A stretch of DNA of 64,000 nucleotides from Mobula hypostoma. Taxonomy: Eukaryota. How positions within the stretch are numbered: position 1 is the first letter of the stretch; each line of letters starts with the position of its first letter. Where the stretch lies: assembly GCF_963921235.1 (NCBI RefSeq), contig NC_086118.1, positions 28,584,001 to 28,648,000 of the forward strand. The letters run 5' to 3'. A program made the position numbers and the translations under genes. Below the pieces are notes generated by a model. The model did not search any database, had not been told where the DNA came from, and was given only the letters and a program-made list of their open reading frames with translations. Shown in pieces: positions 52,666-63,634 of the stretch.

Positions 52666-54333
52666 TGTGTACATACATCTGTTGATGCTTCTGGACACAT
52701 CTTCAGTGATGTTCCTGGAATCATCGGGTGTTTCGGGTCTTTCAACATCATACAACCTCCTCCAGGTGACCCAGCCGGGGCTGATCAGACCCCAGCTTGT
52801 GTCCAGATGGCTAGCTACTTATGACTCCATGGCTCCGCTCTTTTGAGCCACAGCCATCTTGAAGCCCTCTCTGCCGTATCGGTGGTACTGCGGATGGCTC
52901 TCCTCTTCCCCTCTCCCTCGATGCCCAAAATGCTGAAGGCCCTAACTAAAGAACAGGCTATGAATCCCCTACAACCAACCTCCACTGGGAGATACCTCAC
53001 TCTCCATCCAGCCTGCTGACAGTTGCTGACCAGTCCTGCGTACTTGGAGAGCTTCCTTTCAAAGGTCTCCTCCAAGCTATCTTCCCATGGGACTGTCAGC
53101 TCCAGCAGCACCACTTGCTTAGTCAACTCAGACACTAGGACAATGTCTGGTTGCAGGGTGCGATATGGTTGGGCAACTTCAGCTGCCCTTTGAGGCCCAC
53201 CAACAGCTGCCAGTCCCTTGCAGAGGTCAGAATGCCTGCAGATGTTCTTTTGGCAGGTATTGGCTGCTCCCCAGCTCTGACAAAGGCAATGGTCTGCTTG
53301 GAGGGTCGGGACCGCTTCGCCCACACAACTCCTGCGCTGACGGCTTCAGCGATGGTCTTCAGGACCTGATCATGCCTCCACCTGTACCATCCCTCACCAA
53401 ATGCCCTTGCACAGCCGCTGAGGATGTGCTCCAGAGTTCCTCGCTTGGAGCATAGTGGGCACGCAGATTACTCTGCCTTGCCCCATGTGTGCAGGTTTGA
53501 TGGGCTTGGAAGCACATCGTACACTGCCTGGATGAGAAATTGGATGCGGTGTGGTCTGGCTTTCCAAAGATCAGCCCAGGTCACTTTCCTCTCAACCGCA
53601 TTCTCCCATCTTGTCCAAGCTCCCTGTTGCTTCATTCCCACCGCCTTGCAGGCTCTCATCTCCTCCACTACTGCTCTCACCTCCTCCTGAACTAGACGAT
53701 GGCTTTCCTTCCCTCTGGTGTCCATTTGGGGAGTTGGAAAGGATCCTAGCCCAGCTCGGCCTTGTGTGACCACTCCCACCAGCCTCCTGTGACGCAGCCT
53801 CGCCTCTGCCCTCCACTTCCTGCCAGTACTTACTTGGATTCCTGCTCTAGCCACCTTCGGGTCACTGGAGTCCCTGTACTGTAGCACTTCTCTGGCTCTT
53901 GTTACCTTGAATTCTTCCTCCAAGGATTTGAAGGGCAGTTGCAGTTTGTTGTGGTGTCCATAGAGTGCGATGCTGCTCAGGCTCTTTGGCAGCCCCAGCC
54001 ATCTCCTGAGGTGGTTGCTAACCCTCCTCTCTAAGGTTTTGACTGTCGAGATCGGAACTGCATAGACGAGGAGGGGCCACAGGATTCTGGGAAGAATGCC
54101 ATGCTGATACACCCAGGCTTTAAACTTCCCAGGTAGGCCAGACTTGTCCACAGATTTCAGCCAGCCATCCAACTTGGTGCAGCTTGCCTGAATGGATGTT
54201 GTGTCCCTTAAAGAGCTGTCAAAAACTTTGCCTAAGCTCTTGACTTGCTTTTCTGTGATGGTTGGGATGGCTGTGCCTGCGATGCTGAACCGGAACTTGT
54301 TCTCCACCTTCCCTTTCCTCAGCACCATCGATC
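52666..54333 (-). mobile_element. HERO-like (R2 group, RLE-type) non-LTR retrotransposon, 5'-truncated
   Basis: RT thumb LPGKFKAWVYQHGILPRILWPL; CPLC..LEHILSGC knuckle, RHD, PDIVLV..LELTVPWE..KLSKY restriction-like endonuclease; a premature stop and frameshift(s). Confidence 0.88.
52690..52807 (-). ncRNA. Candidate non-circularly permuted hammerhead ribozyme in HERO 3'UTR
   Basis: CUGAAGA, GAAA and GUA core elements with helices I (7 bp), II (5 bp), III and three extra helices, found by eye. Confidence 0.6.
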
Positions 54334-54399
54334 TAGTAATTATTTAGGGGTGTGATTAAGGACTAAATTGTTGACTTTGTCAGAGATATGAAATGTTTT

Positions 54400-54545
54400 G
54401 CCTAAAAGAGCAGACAAGGCCTCAGTTTATTATTCTGGTTAAATGATAATGCCTCTGACTGTCAGCTCTCTGTCAGTACTGTACTATATTGTCAGCCTGA
54501 ATTTATGTGCACAAATCTTGCTTGGAACTTGAACTCATAGTAAAC
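54400..54545 (-). mobile_element. Ancient Deu-domain SINE relic
   Basis: GGCCTCAGTTTA..TCAGTACTGTACTATATTGTCAGCCTGAATTTATGTGC..GGAACTTGAAC matches the reverse-complement Deu core. Confidence 0.6.
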
Positions 54546-55242
54546 TGAAGTAAACTGACTGTTGAAAATAGGTCATTCAAACCATTTTACTTTCACTTGT
54601 AGAACTTGTGCTGTTGTTAAAGGACCAAACAGACAAAAAGTCAACCAATTATCCTCCCCATAGGTGCCTGATCTTCTGAGGTCCTCCACCATTTTGTCTG
54701 TGATGATCGGAAAAAAAAGAGTTTACATTATGATCCCATAACTTTGGAATGAATCAATGCACTTTTATCCAAATAATTGTCCACTTCAAATTCAGTCACT
54801 TCTGTAATGTTTTAAAGAAAATCAACAGCCAAATTATGCACAGGATCTTGCTACTATGAATATGATGTCAGATGCTCTGTGTTTGTGTTGGCTATAGAAT
54901 CTGTAGCTTCACTCCCCGGGAGCCTGATGTGCACAGAAAGGAATTAAATGCTTACTTGCATTTGCATAGGACCCACTGCAACCCGGGAGCCCAAAGCTTT
55001 CACGGTGCTAATTGAACGAGTGCCAGAGAATATTTAATGTCCATCAGAGAAGGAAGGCAGGGTCTTGATTTAACACCTAAAGCAGAATCAGAAGTAGCTT
55101 TATTATCACTGTCACATGGTGTGAAAATTTTGCTTTGTGGCAGCAGTACAGTATAAGGCATTAAAAAACTAAAAGTTAGAAAAAATGTACAAATCGTGCA
55201 AAAGAGGAATAGCGAGGTAATGTTCATGGGCTGGTCAGATTG

Positions 55243-55500
55243 TGGTACGGTAACATGGTGGTTAGTACAACACTTTACAGAACAGGCATCCCGGGTTCAC
55301 TTCCCACTGCTGCCTGAAAGGATTGTATGTTCTCTCCGTGACCATGGAGGTTTGCTTTGGGTTCTCCGGTATCCTCCCACAGTTGGTAGGTTAATTAGTC
55401 ATTGTAAATTGTCCCACGACTAGGCTAGGATTAAATTGAGGATTCCTGGGCTTGAAAGGCCAGAAGGTCCTACTCTATACTGTATCTCAATACATAAAAT
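55243..55500 (+). mobile_element. V-SINE / HE1-like SINE
   Basis: A/B-box-like head, GTATGTTCTCTCCGTGACC..CTCCGGTATCCTCCCACAG V-domain, CR1-type tail. Confidence 0.78.
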
Positions 55501-55526
55501 CAGATGGATTAGGAAAAGAATGCAGG

Positions 55527-56034
55527 TAGGGTTGCCAACTTTCTCACTCCCAAATAAGGGACAAAAGTAGCAGTCAAATATGGGACACTTGTGTTTACCC
55601 CGAGAAAGACTACCATGACCACAAAGCCTTGTGCGGGCACCTGTGTGTGCCAGTTTTTTTTTCTACAGATCGGTTTTGGCTTAATCTTCCGGATTCTGTT
55701 AAGTGAAAGTACACTGTACATACATTATTTCTACTTTATATAGGCTGTGTATTTATCATATAATTCCTGCTTTTACTATATGTTAGTGTTATTTTAGGTT
55801 TTATGTGTTATTTGGTAGGTTATTTTTTGGGTCTGGGAATGCTCAAAAATTTTTCCCATATAAATTAATGGTAATTGCTTCTTCACTCTACGCCATTTTG
55901 GCTTATGTACAGTTTCATAGGAACGCTCTACCTTAGCGGGGGAAATATGGGACAAGGGCGGTCCCGTATGGGACAAAATAATTTAGCCCAATATATGGGA
56001 TGTCCCAGCTAATACAGGACAGTGGGCAACCCTA
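55527..56034. mobile_element. hAT-type MITE (508 bp)
   Basis: TIRs TAGGGTTGCCAACT / AGTGGGCAACCCTA; imperfect 8-bp TSD AATGCAGG / AGTGTAGG; subterminal GGGAC repeats. Confidence 0.82.
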
Positions 56035-57004
56035 AGTGTAGGTCTTCAGGCTCTTGTACCCCTTCCCTGATGGTAGTAATGAGAAGAGGACACGTCCCAG
56101 ATGGTGAAGGTCCTTAATGATGGATGCTGTATTTTTGAGGCAACACCTTTTGTAAATGCCCTCAAAGGTGGGGAGGCTTTTGCCCGTGATGGAGCTGACT
56201 AAATCCTCAACCTTCTGAAGCCTCTTTTGTTTCTGAATATTGGAGCCTCTGTACCAGGTGGTGATGTAACCAGTCAGAATGCACTCCACCATCTAACTGT
56301 AGAAATTTGCTGGAGTCTTGGGTGAGATGCCAAACCTCCTGAAACACTAGATGGCATAAGGTGACATCTGGAGTCGATACTCATATAAAATTTTCAGGGG
56401 AGATCAGCCTGAGTCTTGTGTTTCTGCAATAGGGTTTGGGCCTATAGATTTCAGACAAAGTTGCTGCCTGTAGGTCATGGAAGAAGCACCAGCTTGCAGA
56501 ATCTAATAATGTGGAAGATAAAGCATCTTTGTATTTCTTTTGTTCCCAGCTCTTTCCATATACTACTCCCTCACACCCTAACATATTTACCCTCTGCAGC
56601 ATCCAGTATGAAACTGCCTCTAATCCAGTTTGTGCAAGATACCCAAATTTTGGTGTACTGCAGTTTTGAACAGAGTGGTTTATAAACGTAGAAGTGGAGT
56701 TTTTATTGTGAATGCTATGAACACTTCAGGGTTAAATTGCATTCAAAATTAGATTAGTTTTCTAAATTGTGCACGTTGCTTAAAATTTCACTCAAAACTA
56801 CCATATTCACAAATTCAAAATCTATGAAGCAATCTATTTTTTTCAGTTTAAAATTTGGATTACAAACGTGTTGTGATGCATTTAAGAATGGTAACTCTGT
56901 GCAGCATTATAAATATGGTTGAACTGACCGAGAATTCATCACTTCCTGCGTGTTTTCCAAAACACTCAGCTACCCAGGTCCATCTCAGCTTTGAATGTAT
57001 CCAT

Positions 57005-57290
57005 TAAGTTTACTATTAGCTTCATTTGTTACAGCTACATCAAAACATGCAATGAAATGCGTTGTTTGCATCAACAAACAATGCAGTCCGAGAATGTGCT
57101 GGGGACAACCGGCAAATGTTGCTATGCTTCTGGCTGTGACATAGCATGGCCGCGCCTTACTAATCCTAACCCATACATCTTTGAATTATGGGAGAAAACC
57201 GAGCAACTGAATGAAAGTGGAGCACTCCGAGGAAACCCATGGGGTCACCCCTATTACTGGTGCTAATCGTTACTCTACCACTCTGTCCCC
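57005..57290 (-). mobile_element. V-SINE variant
   Basis: GGGAGAAAACCGAGCA..CCGAGGAAACCCA V-domain with a different tail. Confidence 0.6.
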
Positions 57291-57514
57291 CTTCCCTCAG
57301 GAGCCTCTTCCCAGAAATCAACTCAATGCACTTTGTTTTATTTCAAAAGCTATAATTTATTCATAATATATATAGTAAATAAAACTGGGGCACATCTCTC
57401 TCTCCCTCAGTTGTACCATCAATTTAGTACATTCTCTTAAAATGTATCATTGACACATGTGTTTCTTCCTTAAACAATGAAGCTTTGAGGGGCTGTTACA
57501 CAGGGCCCTCAGTA

Positions 57515-57728
57515 GTGTTGGGGCACATGGCCAAGTGGTAAAGGCGTTCGTCTAGTGATCTGAAGGTCGCTAGTTCGAGCCTCAGCTGTGACAGCATGAG
57601 CAAGACACTTAACCACACATTGCTCTAGTATCTGTGCGAGGAGTGGCGCCCTACACAGCATCTTGTAAGGCATGAAAATGCCTGACGCAGGCCTCTCATG
57701 GTCTGAGTCGACGTTCCCTTCCTTCCCC
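57515..57728 (+). mobile_element. tRNA-derived SINE (family of 33213-33444)
   Basis: A box TGGCCAAGTGG, B box AGTTCGAGCC. Confidence 0.85.
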
Positions 57729-59254
57729 TAAACAGGGCTCTTCCCCTTGTCCAGGACCCTACAGTATCGTCCCTCCATACAAAGCCACTTCCTGCTTGTT
57801 CCCCTAAACCATCAGCTTTGTGATAGCTACACCGAGCTTACAGTGTGTACCTCACAGCATATCCATATAATTTGAAATCTGTCATTCAGCATCATTTGCT
57901 TGCAAGTATCTCCTTGCACTAGGACACCAAAGATCTATAGCCCCTAATGCAATTGTATCCATTCCTGTTTAAACAGACGGAAACTGTACACAATAGTCTG
58001 GGTGTAGCTTTGCTAATGCTTTGTACAATTGTAGTAATGCCTCTCAACTTCACATTTATACTTCAGATCCCTCGCAATAAAAATTCAATTCCACTTACTT
58101 TCCTAATTACCTGCAAGCTATATTTCTGTGTTCTATGTACCATGCACTGACCTGGTGGATTTTAGGTGAGGTTTGCTGGATGAACCTTTGTCCCCAATGG
58201 AAACCTGACATCTTGGGACAAGTTTGCTATCCCCATTCTAATCAACTGTGCCACAAATGATGGATCTTTGCATGCATAGGACACAGAATTAAATCCAAAT
58301 GTCTTTTACTGAGGAAATACTGCAGGTCAAAGCAGTTTTTTTTCCCTGAAATTCTTTGGATTTTCTGCTTGGTATCTCCAGGCACTAGAAAGGAAGCAAT
58401 GAATAATTTTTGTAGAATGTCCTCCTGAACTGTTCTCCCAGTGGACAAAGAGACTAATGATCCATTCTTGGAAAGAAAACTAACTAAAGCCTGTTTATTA
58501 ACCACTCTGCATCACAATCTGCACATAATTGGAGCAAAGGTGCCCAGAGGTATCTCTCACCACAGCAAGCAACAAACCACATTACAGAGTCATTTTACAG
58601 GATATTCTTTCTCCTGTGCTACTTAAATATTTAATTTATTCCATGTAGTTGCAGTCTTTGAATTCTTGATTTTCTTTCTTCTCTCTGCATTGATAAGCAC
58701 AAAGCAATATGCTTTATGCTGTCTTTTTGTAGAAAAGTGTTACCAAGTTATGGTCGATGTTAATATGGTTAAGATCAGCGGAAGGTTGGGTATTTCTTCT
58801 CCTTGGTGATGAACTGGGATGAAGCTTCTGCATGCAGATAACCACTGTGACAAAACAGTCCTCTACATTTTTCAAAGGACAGGATTCTCAGTCCCTTACC
58901 CAATGGGTATCACTTGGCTAACACTTCCAAAATACCCAAAAGAAAACCTGTTAAAGTAGTCTTTCAGTTTATTACTTTAGTGGAAGCTTGCTGTCCCAAA
59001 AATTGACTGCCATATTTCCCTGCATTGAAGCATTAACACAAGTGTTGCAATGTCCTAAGGTTGTACAAATTAATACTAGTTTTACTGTTAGTTTTTAAAA
59101 AATTATTCACTTAAAAGATTAATTGAACGATAGTGCTGAGAATAACTTAATCAGGTACAGTTCCAGCGGAATTTCACGGATTCATTTTAGCCTACCCACA
59201 TGACCTGACCATATTGGACAAGGGCCTGAGAGGTCCTTGCCAAGCATGTCTTTT

Positions 59255-59400
59255 TTTTATTCATTTACAGGATGTTGGCATCACTAGCTAAGCCAGCATT
59301 TACTGCCCATCCCTGGTTGCCCTTGAGAAGGTGGTGATGAGCTGCCTCATTGAACCGCTGCAGTCCCTGATCTGTAGGTGCCCCCACAGAGCTGTTAAGG
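59255..59400 (-). mobile_element. LINE (CR1-like) 3' end fragment
   Basis: TTTATTCATTTACAGGATG..CATTTACTGCCCATCCCT..CCCTTGAGAAGGTGGTG, recognised elasmobranch LINE tail. Confidence 0.5.
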
Positions 59401-59864
59401 ATCCTCTTCCAGAATGCTTGGCCTTGCAGATTCAAATCGAATAATTGTAGGTCAGTGGGGATCTGAATGATTAGTGTGGATGATGGGTTTCTACTCAGCA
59501 ATATCTTGGCTAAGGTAAACACTGAACAGCTAAAATCAGAAAATGCAAGAGACACTCAACAAGTCCTGAACAATTAGCCTTAGCGTCAAATATCTCTTTC
59601 ATTCCCAGAAAAGAAAGAGCTGTCTAATGCATAGATCATATAAGAATACTTCATTCCTAGAGGTCAAACTTGAACATGACTGTGGGGAAAGTTTGTGAGT
59701 TGCTATAATCTTTTAAAACAAGATATATCTGAGATTTTCTAATGACCGTTCAAGTGTATTAAGACCCCATTTGATCTGTGTAGGGAAATTATCGTGACAT
59801 TATATAGTAAATGCTCTATGATGCATGGCATCCACGGTATATTAGCCAATTAAATTCAAAATTG

Positions 59865-61535
59865 ATTTGCCCATAAGTGACAGAGGGTAGTGGTCGATGG
59901 CACTTATTCTGGCCCAGTTCTGTGATGAGTAGTGTTCCACAGTGATTTCTACTGGGTCCTCTGCGGTTTGAGTTTATATAGGATGTAGACAATAAGACAT
60001 AGGAGAAGAATTAGGCCATTGGGTCTGGTTGACGATTCCATCATGGCTGATACATTATGCTTCTCAACCCCATTCTGCTGCATTCTCCCAGTAACCTTTG
60101 ACACCCTGACTAATCAAGAACCAACATCCCCTTTAAATACTGTATATACTCAATGACTTGGTCTTCACACCTGTCTGTGGCAATGAATTCTACGAATTTA
60201 TCACCCTGTGGCTGAAGAAATTCCTCCTCATCTCTGTTCTAAATGGATGTTCCTCTATTCTGAGGCTGTACCCTCTGGTTCTAGACTCCCCCTATATAGG
60301 AAATGTCCTCTCCACATCCATTTTGTCTAGGACTTCCAATATCTGATGGGTTTCAATGAGATCACCTCTCATTCTTTTAAACCAGTGTGTACAGGCCTGG
60401 AGCCATCAAATGCTCCTTAAGCCCTATATTCATCACCCTTTTCAATTTTGCCCCCATATTAGACTTCAACTCATCCCACTGACTGGAATTTTGCCCTATC
60501 ATTTTCCTGTCTTCTCCACAGTCTCACTACCCTCTGGACCTACTTGTATTCTAACTGCCCTGTCCTCAACCCTATCACTTTGGTTCCTATCCCCCTGCCA
60601 AATTTGTTTAAATCCTTGTCAATAGCTCTAGCACTCCAATCCATAGATAGCAAATCAGTGTCTTTGTAGACAATACAAAGGTTGGTGTTTTGTGGATAAT
60701 GTAGAAGAATGCCAAAGCATGTAGCAGGATACAGCTCTGTTGCAGATATGGTAGAGAAATGGCAGATGGAGTTTAATCTAGCCAAGTGTGAAGGGTCGTG
60801 CTTTGGGCAATCAAATGTAGAAAGACAGTACATCGTTAATGGCAGGACCTTAACTGTTTTGATGCTCCCTGGAAGTGGCTATCCAGGTTATTAGAGTGGT
60901 AAAGAAGGCATAGGGCATGTTTGCCTTCATTAGTCATGGATTTGAGTTCAAATGTCAAAAGTATATTGCAGCTTTATAAAACTTTAGCTAGGATGCATCT
61001 GGAAAATTCAGTTTGGGTTTCTCCATTATCGGAAAGATGTCGAGGCTTTGGAGAAGGTGCTGAAGTTTGCCAGATGCTGCCTGGATTAGAGGGCTTGTGT
61101 AATAAAGAGGTTGGACAAACTTGCATTGTATTTTATCTGGAGTAGAGGAAATTGAGGGAAGATCAAATAGAGGTTTATAAAATTATGAGAGAGGCATAGA
61201 TAAATCAGACAACCAATATCTTTTTTTTCCCATGGTCATAGAGTCTAATATTACGGGGCATTAAAGATGAATGTGTAAGTTCAAAGGTGACGTGCATGGC
61301 AAGTTTTTTTTCATAAAGTTGTGGGTGTTTGGAATGCGCTGCCACAGGGGTGGTAGAAACAAATACAACAGTGGTGTTCGAGAGATTCCGAGGCACATTA
61401 CTGTGCGGCAAGTAGAAAGATGCTGATATTGTATCGACAGAAGAGATTAGTTTATTTGGTCATTTGATTACTCGTTAGTTTGGCATAGCATTGTGGGTCA
61501 AAGGGCCAGTTCCTAGGTTGTACTCGTCTGTGTTT
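59865..61535 (+). mobile_element. Old CR1 LINE with an opposite-strand CR1 fragment (~59990-60640) nested in it
   Basis: EKWQMEFNLAKC, LQLYKTLAR; reverse-complement CR1 3'UTR at 59990-60420. Confidence 0.75.
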
Positions 61536-61953
61536 CTCTTTACAATGGATATTAGATTAACTGAAAGGATGAATCTCTTATCTAAAGATGTGTGCAAGCT
61601 GATTGTTGAATGATAAATGCAAAGTAGATATTTGAATATTATGATGCCGTCTGCTTCTTGATTGAACAGTATGTCAAGCTGCTAGACCATCACAAATATT
61701 AAAAATATCAGTGGGATTGATGCATTTATATGCGTGGAATTTTGTATTACATTTCTATTTTACACTTTGATTGCAGCATTGACACCTGAATATGTAAGGA
61801 GACAATGAACATGGTAAAAAAAATAGGTCAAATGCAAATTAAAACTGCTCCCTACACTACTAACCTGTTGCTTTGAATGATAAAGTAGATCACTTTGGAT
61901 GAAATACTTTACAGTCGATTACATTCTCCACTAATTTTTGTTTTCTCTTACAG

Positions 61954-62005
61954 TGGAAAACACATCTCACTGCGAATTTGCCTATTTGCGTGATCTGCTA
62001 ATAAG
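61954..62005 (+). CDS. SEPTIN9: Septin-9 exon H
   Basis: TTACAG acceptor, GTTGGT donor; VENTSHCEFAYLRDLLIR. Confidence 0.93.
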
Positions 62006-62094
62006 GTTGGTTGGAAATGTGTCCTATAACCTGTCCGACAAAACAAAAGTGCATGGCAGTTATAATTAAGTTATTGGTTATAAAGTGTTAGTAG

Positions 62095-62906
62095 ATTGGC
62101 CTAATCTCAAACAATAACAAGATGGCCTACAGGGAAGAAGTTATCTCTGACACAGTGGTGTCAAGAAAACAACTTCTCCCTCAATGTCGCAAAAACAAAG
62201 GAGCTGGTTGTGGATTACAGGAGGAAAGGAGACGGGCTATCCCCTATTGACATCAATGGATCTGGGATTGAGAGCGTAAACAGCTTTAATTTCCTCGGCA
62301 TCCAGATCACCGAAGACCTCACGTTGCCTGTACACACCAGCTGTGTGGTGAAAAAGGCACAACGGTGCCTCTTTCACCTCAGACGGTTGAGGATATTTGG
62401 TATGAGTCTGCCAAATCCTAAGAACTTTCTACAGGGGCACAACTGAGAGCATCCTGACTGGCTGCATCACTGCTTGGTCTGGGAACTGTACCTCCCTTAA
62501 TCGCAGGATTCTGCAGAGAGTGGTGCAGACAGCCCAGTGCATCTGTAGTTGTAAACGTCCCATGATTCAGGATGTTTACAAAGACAGGTGTGTAAAAAAA
62601 GGCCCAAAGGATCACTGGGGACCTGAGTCACCCCAATCACAATCTATTGCAACTGCTACCATCCAGGAAACAGTACCGCAACATAAAAGCCAGGACCAAC
62701 AGGCTCTGGGACAGCTTCTTCCACCAGGCCATCGGACTGATTAACTCATGCTGATTTGAGTGTAATTCTAAGTTGCATTGACTGTTCTATTTATTATAAC
62801 TTACTCTGATTGCACATTGCACATTCATTCAGAGACGTAAGTAAAGATTTTTACTCCGCATGTATGTGAAGGGTGTAAGAAATAAAGTCAATTCAATTCA
62901 ATTCAA
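62095..62906 (+). mobile_element. Rex1/Babar 3' fragment
   Basis: DYRRK..FNFLGIQITEDL..KKAQRCLFHLRRL; AATAAA + (ATTCA)n tail. Confidence 0.85.
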
Positions 62907-63386
62907 TTTTCTTTTCACTACAAAAATATTGGTGAGAGCACTATCAATTATCTCTGTTGAATGCCATTTCTAAACTGCTAAATTTTTTAGAACAATTGTC
63001 CCCCTCAGTAGCTCAGAAAAAGCTTGTTTGTAAAGTTGTCGAAAATATGGAATGGTCACAGCTTAGTGAGGTCCACATAATAACTTGGACCTGGATGAAC
63101 AGGACAATAAACAGCAAACCTTTTAAACAATCAGTTGTGAGAATTACACAGGGATGGCCATGGACACAATGAATTAAAGTGACTGCTTTCAATCTAAAAT
63201 TAGGGTTGGAAAGTAAACTTGTATTAAGAAAGTTGTTATGGTGGTAAGAAAAATATAGAAGAAAGTATTTTTAAATTCCTTCTCACAATCATTTCAACAC
63301 TGTCGCAGTAGCATTTTTTTCCAGTACCAGGGAGTTTGATGGGCAGTAATCATCATGTTACTGAAAAGGAATCTGTTCTGAATTGT

Positions 63387-63634
63387 AAACACAAGGAAAT
63401 CTGCAGATGCTGGAATTTCAAGCAACACACATAAAAGTTGCTGGTGAACACAGCAGGCCAGGCAGCATCTCTAGGAAGAGGTACAGTCGACGTTTTGGGC
63501 CGAGACCCTTCGTCAGGACTAGCTCTTCTTTCAGTTAGTCCTGACGAAGGGTCTCGGCCCGAAACGTCGACTGTACCTCTTCCTAGAGATGCTGCCGGGC
63601 CTGCTGCGTTCACCAGCAACTTTTATGTGTGTTG
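63387..63634. mobile_element. Palindromic Penelope terminal-repeat insertion
   Basis: 101-bp inverted arms 63421-63521 / 63536-63636 (3 mismatches); TSD CTGTTCTGAATTGT at 63373-63386 and 63635-63648. Confidence 0.92.
63537..63572 (+). ncRNA. Minimal type I hammerhead ribozyme, intact
   Basis: AGTC-CTGACGA-A-GGGTCTCGGCCC-GAAACGTC-GACT; predicted cut after C63568. Confidence 0.78.

Larger units (their letters stand above)
55085..56345 (-). mobile_element. Rex1/Babar 3' fragment carrying a V-SINE and a hAT MITE, apparently inserted into an older Deu-SINE relic
   Basis: VECILTGYITTWY..KRCCLKNTASIIKDLHH; GAATCAGAA tail; Deu-like sequence at 55035-55084 and 56346-56460. Confidence 0.75.

Noticed and set aside
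52650..54345. Target-site duplication for the HERO element
   Set aside because: Only a weak GTAATAAT / GTAATTAT resemblance, not adjacent to both ends.
57515..57590. tRNA gene (also heads at ~23900, ~31190, ~33380)
   Set aside because: A/B boxes run into SINE bodies and tails, one with a TSD; no convincing cloverleaf.
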